From positions 76,766 through 140,765 of the forward strand of contig JBAQTB010000003.1 of NCBI GenBank assembly GCA_049296775.1: a DNA stretch of 64,000 bases, in the 5' to 3' direction. Both the position numbers and the translations under genes were made by a program. Shown piece by piece: positions 9,187 to 17,501 of this stretch. Position 1 is the first letter of the stretch, and the number at the start of each line of letters is the position of its first letter. The notes below the pieces were generated by a model, which was given only the letters and a program-made list of their open reading frames with translations, was not told where the DNA came from and did not search any database. Origin of the DNA: Patescibacteria group bacterium. Lineage in GTDB: Bacteria; Patescibacteriota; Patescibacteriia; UBA9934.

Positions 9187-9261
9187 CTGTACCTTGAGTT
9201 TAGTAGCCAGATGCAATGTTTGTACTGCAGACATTTGATTCGAGCTTAAAGATATAAGCGT

Positions 9262-9648
9262 ATGCAAGGATACATTCACGATATCGAGAAGGCGACTTTG
9301 GAAAATGCGGATTATAGACGCGTGCTGTATACCACTAAGAACAGTCAATTGGTGGTGATGTGTATTCAGGCCGGTGATGAGATTGGTGTAGAAACACACA
9401 CCCATGATCAGTTTCTGCGTTTAGAGCAGGGGGAGGCCAAGGTGATTATTGATGACGTTGAGACCAAAGTAGATAATGGTTTTGCGATTGTAATTCCGGC
9501 TGGCGCTAAACATAACATCATCAACACCGGCCCAGAGGCCTTAAAGTTATACTCGATCTACTCACCTCCAGAACACAAACACGGCACCATTACCCGGATT
9601 AAATCAGAAGAGATTGAAGAGCACTTTGATGGAGTGACTAGCGAGTAA
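9262..9648 (+). CDS. Cupin domain protein
   Basis: Two His-containing cupin motifs (GVETHTHDQ ... IPAGAKHNI). Confidence 0.55.
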   Translation: MQGYIHDIEKATLENADYRRVLYTTKNSQLVVMCIQAGDEIGVETHTHDQFLRLEQGEAKVIIDDVETKVDNGFAIVIPAGAKHNIINTGPEALKLYSIYSPPEHKHGTITRIKSEEIEEHFDGVTSE

Positions 9649-9668
9649 GCAGGGCTCGGTGCGCGAGA

Positions 9669-10061
9669 TTACCGTTCGATACGCTGCAACTTACCCTGTC
9701 TAGCGCGGATGTTTTTGTAATCCCATTGGATCTCCACAGCTTTGTCTAGCCAACGTAGGAGATCGGCTTCATTGATTTGAGCAACGGCGGTGTACCTGGC
9801 TTCTGCGGCTTTGAAAGAACCTTCTGACTTTAGGCCCGGTTCTTTGAAAGATTGGCCACTCCAAAAGAGCAGACGCACGCAATCTTTGAGCTTGTCATAA
9901 CCAACAATTGGATTCTCAGCTATAAACCAGACCGGATGTCCGTGCCACACTTTACTGTCTGCAGTTTTAAGCTGAGCCTCAATAAGTTTAGCTAATTTAT
10001 TACAAATAGCCTTATCGACTGGTGCTTGCTTGGCGTTATATGCTCTAATATCTGGGTGCAT
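9669..10061 (-). CDS. DUF1801 (YdhG-like) domain protein
   Basis: I placed the start at the internal ATG (10061), giving MHPDIRAYNAKQ... The upstream part of the ORF-track ORF looks non-coding. Confidence 0.5.
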   Translation of the reverse strand: MHPDIRAYNAKQAPVDKAICNKLAKLIEAQLKTADSKVWHGHPVWFIAENPIVGYDKLKDCVRLLFWSGQSFKEPGLKSEGSFKAAEARYTAVAQINEADLLRWLDKAVEIQWDYKNIRARQGKLQRIER

Positions 10062-10156
10062 AGGGGGGATTATTGTATAAATGTATATTAACACGGGCAT
10101 TGGGATAGGCGTACAGACGGGTCGGCGACCAGTCTCTACCGCGAATCTCCCTGTGA

Positions 10157-10267
10157 TCACCATCCTGAGGTGAATACCGCCTGTCCTGAACGAAGTTGAA
10201 GGAAAGGACAGTGATATCAGGCTCGTCACCACCTTAATCTTTCCTCCTTCCTCTTTAATCTCTCATC
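10157..10267 (+). promoter_or_regulatory. Conserved leader element, copy A (two hairpins + CT-rich TTAATCT direct-repeat core)
   Basis: About 85 nt are shared with the reverse complement of 49991..50072. The core ccttaatctttcctccttcctctttaatctc ends 5 nt before the ATG at 10272. Confidence 0.5.
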
Positions 10268-10271
10268 TAAT

Positions 10272-10733
10272 ATGCAAAGTAAGGCCGTGAGGGTCAAAGA
10301 CTATCTAGCGGAATTGCCAGCTGAGCGCCGGCAGGCTATTGAGGCGGTCCGGAAGGTGATTTTGAAAAGTTTACCTAAAGGTTACAAAGAAGCCATGGTG
10401 TACGGCATGATGGGTTATGTGGTACCGCTTAAAACTTACCCTAAAGGTTATTTGGATAATCCCAAGATGCCGTTGACGTATGTCGCTTTAGCCTCGCAGA
10501 AGAACTACATGGCCCTTTACCTGATTAACGTGTATACCGGCGCGAGTGTCGCGAAGTGGTTTACGGAGGCATACAAAGCAAGCGGCAAGAAGCTGGATAT
10601 GGGCAAGTCTTGCATCAGATTTAAGCATTTAGAGGATCTACCCCTAGACGTCGTCGCCAAAGCTGTTGCTCTGACTCCTGTCCCTGAGTTTATCGAGCTG
10701 TACGAACAAGGCCGTGTTTCACGGAAGAAGTGA
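10272..10733 (+). CDS. DUF1801 (YdhG-like) domain protein, paralog
   Basis: VKDYLAELPAERRQAIEAVRKVI is the typical DUF1801 N-terminus. It lies divergent from the paralog above. Confidence 0.5.
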   Translation: MQSKAVRVKDYLAELPAERRQAIEAVRKVILKSLPKGYKEAMVYGMMGYVVPLKTYPKGYLDNPKMPLTYVALASQKNYMALYLINVYTGASVAKWFTEAYKASGKKLDMGKSCIRFKHLEDLPLDVVAKAVALTPVPEFIELYEQGRVSRKK

Positions 10734-11088
10734 TATGAAAAATCAACCTTTATAAGCGGGAGTCAGGTTTTGGCTCTGGCGCACAACGCATCCATGCTGT
10801 CCTACCTCCAACCCACGGCTGCTGTGACATTTTTAATTTTCGTACGCGATGCTCACTCCCATCACGCCTAGGTAGCAAAGAACTCGTTTCGAGCTGATTT
10901 CACGATTTATTTTTTTTACTTCATCCGGCTATTACAGGTGGGGGGCTTTTATGCGGTTATAATGATATTGTGCGCATTATGAAAAATTATCTGTACTTAT
11001 CAGTAGCTTTAGTAATAATATATGGTGATCTCTAAACGTTGTATTTAGGAAATGCTATTGGTTGGAGTAGCGGTAAGTAATTAAAAAT

Positions 11089-11802
11089 ATGAGAAAAAAA
11101 TTATTTCCTTCCGTGGCGGTATTAATGTCATCATTAATTATCGGAGGGGCTATTATTGTTGCTCAATCCATTAAGTCTGGGTCGTTTGACGCTTTGGATG
11201 GTTCTCGTGTTAGCTCCCAAGATTCTTCTCAACACGTTGAGGAGACCGGAATTACCGAAGAGATTCGTGAAGACGACTCTTTGCCTTCTTCGAGCTTTCA
11301 GCCGTTGGTAGTCACGGATTTGGATATGTATTATTCAAAAGCTTCGGAAAACTTAGCTGATTGTTGTGATATACCTAGCGAAACTCTAACATTTTTTCTC
11401 ACGAAAAGGAACATCGCTCAGCAGTCATTTACTGAAAATACTGAATGGCTAAAAACCGCTAAAACTGCAGATGCAACCGTTTGTGTTTTAGAGTGGAATA
11501 AACTACTTACCGATACTCAAAAACTTATTAACGAAGCTCAAAATTTAGTCGATGTGGTGAGCATTAATAATGCAGGCGCTGAAGAAATTAAGAGTCAAGC
11601 GCGTAGTTATATAAATTCCATTCAAAATAAAACGTATCCTAACAAGGCTTTGTTAGAGAATTTTATAAACACCTCTATCGTCAGGTTAGATAGCTTCACT
11701 GTTGATGTTAATACTGCCGCTGACCAATTTAATACTGCTTTAACTACGAGAGATTCATCGGGGGAAAACTTAAAAACATGTCTTTCATCCTACTTGCAAT
11801 AG
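11089..11802 (+). CDS. Secreted/membrane-anchored hypothetical protein
   Basis: An N-terminal hydrophobic segment. AT-rich. Confidence 0.4.
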   Translation: MRKKLFPSVAVLMSSLIIGGAIIVAQSIKSGSFDALDGSRVSSQDSSQHVEETGITEEIREDDSLPSSSFQPLVVTDLDMYYSKASENLADCCDIPSETLTFFLTKRNIAQQSFTENTEWLKTAKTADATVCVLEWNKLLTDTQKLINEAQNLVDVVSINNAGAEEIKSQARSYINSIQNKTYPNKALLENFINTSIVRLDSFTVDVNTAADQFNTALTTRDSSGENLKTCLSSYLQ

Positions 11803-11955
11803 GCGCCGGACGTTTTTAACATCACGGTATAATCGAAGAATCTAGGCAGTTTGATGTGTGGATATGCCTAGATGACGTGAAATGCACGTTGGTAGTGCGG
11901 GAGAGAGGGGGGGTGATTTTTTGCCATAGTTAAAAATCCACATTGTTCATCTAAT

Positions 11956-12612
11956 ATGAAAAAACTGCTGTTGTTATGTTTTATCAGTCTGGCAGTATTG
12001 GGGAACGGTTGTTCTAACGTAACTTCATTACCCATCAATCAACAAATCGATGAATACGAGGATGTTGATATTGAAGCGTTGGAGTCGAGAGTCTCTGAGC
12101 TTGAAGGAATCGCAGGGTCTATTGAGTCCGTAAATAGTTTTATTTCACTAGATTCTCAGGCTGAAAGTTATCATCAATCTCCTATTAAATTCGTTGGGAA
12201 TGTTTCGCCTGATACATCTAGGATTGTGGTAACCGCACTATACGGAGGCAAGACGGACGTTTATACACTAAAAGATTATGCGCCTGGCAGTGCCTCGTTT
12301 GAATATCAAGCAGCAGAAAAATGGAATAATTTAGCGACTGGACAAAATACCTATTATTTTCAGGCGTATTTCAATGATGGAAGTAGTAATATATTTGAAA
12401 GAACGATTAGCTATTATCCACCTGTAGTTGAAGCGATGCCGATTCCCATTTCACCTCCCGTCAGTAAAACTGTTCAACCACCTGCTTATGTCGCGCCCTC
12501 AACGACACGTAGTTGCTGTAAGACTTGTGTGACGGGTAAAGCGTGTGGAGATTCATGTATATCTAAGAGTTATACATGCCATAAAGGCCCTGGTTGTGCC
12601 TGTAACCAATAG
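11956..12612 (+). CDS. Lipoprotein with C-terminal Cys-rich tail
   Basis: Lipobox LGNGC. The tail SCCKTCVTGKACGDSCISKSYTCHKGPGCACNQ has 10 Cys in 33 aa. Confidence 0.5.
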   Translation: MKKLLLLCFISLAVLGNGCSNVTSLPINQQIDEYEDVDIEALESRVSELEGIAGSIESVNSFISLDSQAESYHQSPIKFVGNVSPDTSRIVVTALYGGKTDVYTLKDYAPGSASFEYQAAEKWNNLATGQNTYYFQAYFNDGSSNIFERTISYYPPVVEAMPIPISPPVSKTVQPPAYVAPSTTRSCCKTCVTGKACGDSCISKSYTCHKGPGCACNQ

Positions 12613-12731
12613 CCAGTTATTAACTAAATTACATATAATTAGCTCCGTTACTGTTTCTTGCGGGTGCATTGCACAGGATGTCCACTTATTGCTGTTGCTT
12701 AGACTCGCGGAATTTGTTATTATATCTCCGT

Positions 12732-13079
12732 ATGGCAAAAAGTGATGTCGTGAAATTAACTGAGCGGTTGAGCGAACTTCAAGAGCTTCTCGCTAAGAAA
12801 ACTGAGATTGAGGATCGGTTGATGTATTTGACTGGCATTAAGCGTGAGGAGAAGAAGGCTGAATTAAAGCCTGACGGATTTTCTGTTATGGCAGCGATCC
12901 GTGAGGCGCTCACTGAAGCCAATCGCCCGCTCAAGGTTAATAGTCTTTGTTTGGCTATTAAAGCTCGCCATAATTTCGAGCCTGAGCCGGCGAGTGTTAG
13001 AACTACCGCTAAATATATGGTTAATAAAGGAGTATTAATTATGAATGATGTTACTAAAGAATTCAGTTTAATTACTTGA
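12732..13079 (+). CDS. Hypothetical protein
   Basis: ATG at 12732 (MAKSDVVKLTERLSELQELLAKK...). Confidence 0.3.
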   Translation: MAKSDVVKLTERLSELQELLAKKTEIEDRLMYLTGIKREEKKAELKPDGFSVMAAIREALTEANRPLKVNSLCLAIKARHNFEPEPASVRTTAKYMVNKGVLIMNDVTKEFSLIT

Positions 13080-13222
13080 AAGACACCCGTCCTTTGCAGT
13101 GGCGGTGCTATCAGGCTTATCGGATCTCCCGTTGAAAGTAGATCTATAAAGACTGGTAACACTCCCATTGGAAGGGATTGGTGGTAGGCCAATCGTCCCA
13201 AAATTGAATGGGTAATAAATAG

Positions 13223-13320
13223 GGAGGGATGACCGAGTTGGTCGATGGTACCGGCCTTATAAGCCGACAAACATTGCCTGAAAGCGTGTTTCGAGGGTTC
13301 GAATCCCTCTCCCTCCGCCA
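13223..13320 (+). tRNA. Type-II (long variable arm) Ser-like tRNA with apparent anticodon UAU
   Basis: The cloverleaf was folded by hand. Acceptor GGAGGGA/TCCCTCC, G73 and CCA are encoded. T-arm GAGGG-TTCGAAT-CCCTC. D-arm ACC...GGT. Anticodon stem CCGGC/GCCGA with loop CTTATAA (U33, A37). A 25-nt variable arm. Confidence 0.6.
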
Positions 13321-13462
13321 GATATTACTCATTCAATTTTGGAACGATCAGTGATTGTATTTTATAACATCCTTTTATTTCAACGTCAACTACATAAGTT
13401 TTATAAATTTATTTTAACATATTTATCGTCGAAGGTAATGTTTATCAACAACCGTATTTATT

Positions 13463-13960
13463 ATGGATAAATCTGAGGTTGAATTTTATTTAATATTAGC
13501 AGCTTTAGTAGTAGTTTTGAGTATTGCCTTGGCTGCATTATACTTCAATGCCTCAAAAGAAAATATTAGTGTGATCGTGGGGGAATATGACAATGGCAAA
13601 ATCTCCTTTTTAAAAATAGAAACTGCTAAACAGATTGTCGCTAAAAATATTGATAAGCCTCAATCACGCATTCATTATTGTCAGATCATCTTTGATAACG
13701 GGCTTATAATTTTAGGGTTATATCAAGAGGGAAATACGATTAAAGCTAGTCTTAAGGCAATCATAGCGAAAGCATTTGATAAGGACACTGAAATTAAGTT
13801 GTTTGTGGATGATCAACACGGAGTGCAACGATCCGGTAAAGATTATTTTATAGATGACATGGCATCTATTGGTATCTCTGATGATGGGGAGACCTCACGT
13901 ATTATCTTTGGCCCTACACCAATTCGCAAATTGTTAGACGATGCTCTAAAAGTTGGTTAA
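13463..13960 (+). CDS. Single-pass membrane protein (first gene of the AT-rich islet)
   Basis: An N-terminal TM helix (LILAALVVVLSIALAALYF). About 33% GC. Confidence 0.4.
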   Translation: MDKSEVEFYLILAALVVVLSIALAALYFNASKENISVIVGEYDNGKISFLKIETAKQIVAKNIDKPQSRIHYCQIIFDNGLIILGLYQEGNTIKASLKAIIAKAFDKDTEIKLFVDDQHGVQRSGKDYFIDDMASIGISDDGETSRIIFGPTPIRKLLDDALKVG

Positions 13961-13983
13961 GTGGTTATTGGTTCTAAACAAAA

Positions 13984-14007
13984 AACTAGCCTGGGCTGGT
14001 TTTTTTG
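13984..14007 (+). terminator. Rho-independent terminator
   Basis: ctagcctgggctgg hairpin followed by ttttttt. Confidence 0.4.
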
Positions 14008-14040
14008 CGAGGTTAATTAATTTCATAATTTCCAATAAGC

Positions 14041-14412
14041 ATGGTAGGCTTTGGGTATATGGAAGATAGTCGTTTAGATCTCATTATTCAGCAAATTATT
14101 GCTTTTAGAGATGCTAGGGATTGGAAGCAATTTCATAATCCTAAGGACTGTTCGTTGTCTTTGATCTTGGAGGCCGCAGAAGTGGCCGAGCATTTTCAAT
14201 GGAAAAATCAAGAAGAAATGCAAGCACATTTAGATGGGCACCGTGAAGAGGTGGCGGATGAATTGGCAGACGCCATGTATTGGATTTTGTTAATGAGTCA
14301 TGATGCTGGCATTGATATTCTTGAGGCCGTTGAACGTAAACTTGGGAAAAATAACTTAAAATACCCGGTAGATAAATCAAAGGGTCGCCATACTAAATAT
14401 ACCGAGCTCTAA
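14041..14412 (+). CDS. MazG-like nucleotide pyrophosphohydrolase
   Basis: EAAEVAEHFQWK ... EVADELADAMYWILLMSHDAGIDI are the MazG EExxE/D motifs. Confidence 0.65.
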   Translation: MVGFGYMEDSRLDLIIQQIIAFRDARDWKQFHNPKDCSLSLILEAAEVAEHFQWKNQEEMQAHLDGHREEVADELADAMYWILLMSHDAGIDILEAVERKLGKNNLKYPVDKSKGRHTKYTEL

Positions 14413-14415
14413 TGT

Positions 14416-15984
14416 ATGTCTGAAATTACTACATATCCATTTAATGCCGAGCAGGTGGTGCAAGTTTGTGAATACCATTTTGGCATGAATTGGCCGGTAG
14501 TTTATATTTTAGAGAATAAAAAGGAGGTATACATTGGTGAAACTGTTAGTGCTTATTCTAGAAGTAGACAGCATTTAGAGAATTCTGATCGAAGGCGATT
14601 GAACAGGATGCATATTGTTACGGATGAAGAATTTAACAAATCTGCCGCTTTGGACATTGAATCATTATTGATTCAGTACATGTCTGCCGAGGGGTCGCTG
14701 GTTTTACAAAATGGCAATAAGGGATTGGTTGATCATAACTATTATGATCGTGAAAAGTACCAAGCCAAGTTTGAAACTATTTGGGACAAGCTGAAGGCGA
14801 TGTCATTGGTGTCTAAAGATTTAAAGGACATTAGAAATAGCGATTTATTTAAGTTTTCACCGTTTAAGGCCTTAACGGTAGATCAGATTTTAGTAGCTGA
14901 TCAAATATTGGAGATCTTGAGAACTAAAACTGAAGCTACAATCGTCATTTCTGGTAAACCAGGTACTGGCAAAACTATCTTGGCGATTTACTTAATGAAA
15001 AGATTGAAGGAAGAGGAGGAATTCAAGCAGCTCAAGACGGCTTTGGTGGTTCCGATGGCTTCATTGCGAGAGACTTTGAAAGGCGTATTTTCCTTTGTTA
15101 AAAATCTTAGTGGTGGGATGGTGAAAGGGCCGAGCCACGTTACAGATTCTAGTTATGATTTGTTGATTGTAGATGAGGCGCACCGATTGCATCGTAGAAG
15201 GAATATTGTTAATTACGCCTCTCATGATAAAACTAATCAGAAATTAGGTTTAGCTAATGACGGGACTGAGTTAGATTGGATTATGAAATCCGCACGGTAT
15301 AAAATTTTGTTTTACGATGAAAAGCAACATGTCAGACCATCTGACGTAACCCCGGCGGATTTTAAAAAGTTAGCAGCAACACATTTAGACCTACAGACTC
15401 AAAAGAGAGTGGAGGGTGGCGATGAGTACATTCAATTCATCGATAGCTTATTTAATGAGTCAAAAGGTTTACCAGCATTTAAAGATTATGACTTTAAAAT
15501 TTTTGATAGTTTAGAATTAATGGTGAAGCAAATTGATGAAAGAGAGAAAGAGGTGAAGTTATCTCGTTTGGTTGCTGGTTATGCCTGGGAGTGGATCTCA
15601 AAAAAGAATAAGGCTTTGTATGACATTGAAATCGATGGAGTTAAGTTAAAATGGAATAGCGTGAACACTGACTGGGTAAACTCTCCAAATTCAGCAAATG
15701 AGGTTGGCTGTATTCATACTATTCAAGGATACGATTTAAATTACACTGGAGTTATTATTGGGCCAGAAATGACTTATGATCCAATTAGCGAACAGCTAAA
15801 GGTCGTTAAAGGTAATTATAAGGATAGGAATGGTCATGCTGGTGTTGATGATTCTGCTGAGTTAGAGAGATACATTTTTAATATCTACCGCACTTTGTTG
15901 ACTAGAGGCATGAAGGGAACATATGTGTATGCTGTTGATCCGGAGTTGAGGGCTTATTTGAAACGGTGTTTGCTGGGAGAATAA
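14416..15984 (+). CDS. GIY-YIG nuclease domain fused to a DUF2075/Schlafen-like P-loop ATPase (SF1-helicase-related)
   Basis: VYILENKKEVYIGETVSAYSRSRQH (GIY-YIG). Walker A ISGKPGTGKT and Walker B LLIVDEAHRL. FKFSPFKALTVDQILVADQILE is typical of DUF2075. About 37% GC. Confidence 0.6.
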   Translation: MSEITTYPFNAEQVVQVCEYHFGMNWPVVYILENKKEVYIGETVSAYSRSRQHLENSDRRRLNRMHIVTDEEFNKSAALDIESLLIQYMSAEGSLVLQNGNKGLVDHNYYDREKYQAKFETIWDKLKAMSLVSKDLKDIRNSDLFKFSPFKALTVDQILVADQILEILRTKTEATIVISGKPGTGKTILAIYLMKRLKEEEEFKQLKTALVVPMASLRETLKGVFSFVKNLSGGMVKGPSHVTDSSYDLLIVDEAHRLHRRRNIVNYASHDKTNQKLGLANDGTELDWIMKSARYKILFYDEKQHVRPSDVTPADFKKLAATHLDLQTQKRVEGGDEYIQFIDSLFNESKGLPAFKDYDFKIFDSLELMVKQIDEREKEVKLSRLVAGYAWEWISKKNKALYDIEIDGVKLKWNSVNTDWVNSPNSANEVGCIHTIQGYDLNYTGVIIGPEMTYDPISEQLKVVKGNYKDRNGHAGVDDSAELERYIFNIYRTLLTRGMKGTYVYAVDPELRAYLKRCLLGE

Positions 15985-16004
15985 TCCGGTCGTTATTCGA
16001 AACT

Positions 16005-17501
16005 ATGCACATCACGAAAACGGATTATCTTGAATATACTTACTGTAAGAAGAATCTTTGGCTTAAGAAGTTTAAGCGGGAGTTGTTTGAGGGCGTTGAG
16101 TTGTCCGAATTTGAGAAGAAGATTATTGAGGAGGGCAATGCGGCGGATGAGGCGGCCAGGCATTTGTTTCCGGAGGGGCAGTTGGTAGAGACGGTGGGGG
16201 TGGGGGCGGCCTTGGCCACCAAGACGTTTTTAGAGGCGGGTGTCAAGACAATTTTTCAGGGAGCATTTAAGCATGGGGAGTTCTTTGTCCAGGCCGACAT
16301 TTTGAGATTTGATGCTGTTACTGGTGGATGGGAATTGTATGAGGTCAAGGCGACCAATGCGGTGAAACGGATTGTGCCGCATCATCATGTGAATGATTTG
16401 GCGTTTCAGAAATCTGTGATTGAGGCGTGTGGTTTGGAGATTAAGAAGACGGGGGTGATTCATTTGAATGGGGAGTATCGTCCGCAGGGGCGGCTGAACT
16501 ACGGAGAGTTGTTTGTGGTGGCGGATTTGACGGATGAGGTGTTGGAGGCTCAGGCGGGAGTTAAGCTGCAGATGCAGGATTTAAAGACGTATTTGAGTTT
16601 GCCGGAGGAGCGGGGGTGTGAGTGTTTGTACCGGGGGCGGAATGCCCAGTGCACTACTTTTGCGTATTCCAATCCGGAGGTGCCGGAGTATTCTGTGCAT
16701 GACATTAGTCGGATTGGGGGGAGTAAGAAGTTGTTTTTTGATTGGATTGACCGGGGGATTTATGCGCTTAATGACATTGATAATCCTGAGAAATTGACTG
16801 GGTCCAAGCGGTCACAGTATGACGCGTACATGCTGGGCCGGCCGCTCATTGATCAGACGGGGATTAAGCAGGCCTTGGACGGTTTACAGTTCCCGCTGTA
16901 CTTCTTTGATTATGAAGGTTACTCCTCGGCCATTCCGCGGTTTGATGGTTTTGGCACGTATGAGCAGGTACCGTTTCAGTATTCACTCCACATTCTGCAT
17001 GCAGATGGGGAGATGGAGCACAAAGAGTTTTTGATTACAGATTTATCTCAAGATTTAACTTTGCCGTTAGTGGAGCAGATGAGGCGGGATTTTGGGGAGA
17101 CTGGTTCTGTGATTTCTTGGTATAAGTCTTACGAATCACAGCGCAACACTAAGTTGGCAGAATTGCATCCTAGCCACGCCGAGTTTTTGGAGGCCTTGAA
17201 TGACCGCATGTTTGACTTGATGACGATTTTTTCAACTGATCTGTATGTGGATGCGGCCTTTAAGGGGAGTGCGAGTATCAAAAAGGTTTTGCCAGTGCTA
17301 GTCCCAGAGTTGAGCTACAAGGTGTTGAAGGTGCAGAAAGGAGATCAAGCCATTGAGCGTTGGGAAAAGATGATCGCTGCTGACACATCCCCATCAGACA
17401 AAGCCCAAATCGCCCAAGACCTGCTGGAGTACTGCAAGCTAGATACCCTCGCCATGGTCAAGATTTATGAGGCTTTGAGGGGTATATACTCAGGGATATG
17501 A
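16005..17501 (+). CDS. Cas4/RecB-like PD-(D/E)xK nuclease fused to a DEDD-type 3'-5' exonuclease-like (DUF2779-like) domain
   Basis: ADILRFD...ELYEVK (D/ExK core). Cys residues YCKK and CECLYRGRNAQC. C-terminal FFDYEGYS (Exo I DxE) and EYCKLDTLAMVKIY (Exo III YxxxD). An alternative GTG start at 15966 would overlap the upstream gene by 19 nt. Confidence 0.5.
   Translation: MHITKTDYLEYTYCKKNLWLKKFKRELFEGVELSEFEKKIIEEGNAADEAARHLFPEGQLVETVGVGAALATKTFLEAGVKTIFQGAFKHGEFFVQADILRFDAVTGGWELYEVKATNAVKRIVPHHHVNDLAFQKSVIEACGLEIKKTGVIHLNGEYRPQGRLNYGELFVVADLTDEVLEAQAGVKLQMQDLKTYLSLPEERGCECLYRGRNAQCTTFAYSNPEVPEYSVHDISRIGGSKKLFFDWIDRGIYALNDIDNPEKLTGSKRSQYDAYMLGRPLIDQTGIKQALDGLQFPLYFFDYEGYSSAIPRFDGFGTYEQVPFQYSLHILHADGEMEHKEFLITDLSQDLTLPLVEQMRRDFGETGSVISWYKSYESQRNTKLAELHPSHAEFLEALNDRMFDLMTIFSTDLYVDAAFKGSASIKKVLPVLVPELSYKVLKVQKGDQAIERWEKMIAADTSPSDKAQIAQDLLEYCKLDTLAMVKIYEALRGIYSGI

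Noticed and set aside
9669-10232. 187-aa version of the minus-strand DUF1801 ORF
   Set aside because: The N-terminal 57 codons translate the conserved non-coding leader element (Pro/Ile-rich junk). The internal ATG at 10061 gives the canonical DUF1801 start.
15966-16004. GTG 15966 as the definitive start of the Cas4-like gene (19-nt overlap with the upstream gene)
   Set aside because: This is not rejected outright. The ATG at 16005 gives a conventional N-terminus (MHITKTDYL...) and the GC break argues the two genes may have different origins. It is kept as an alternative.
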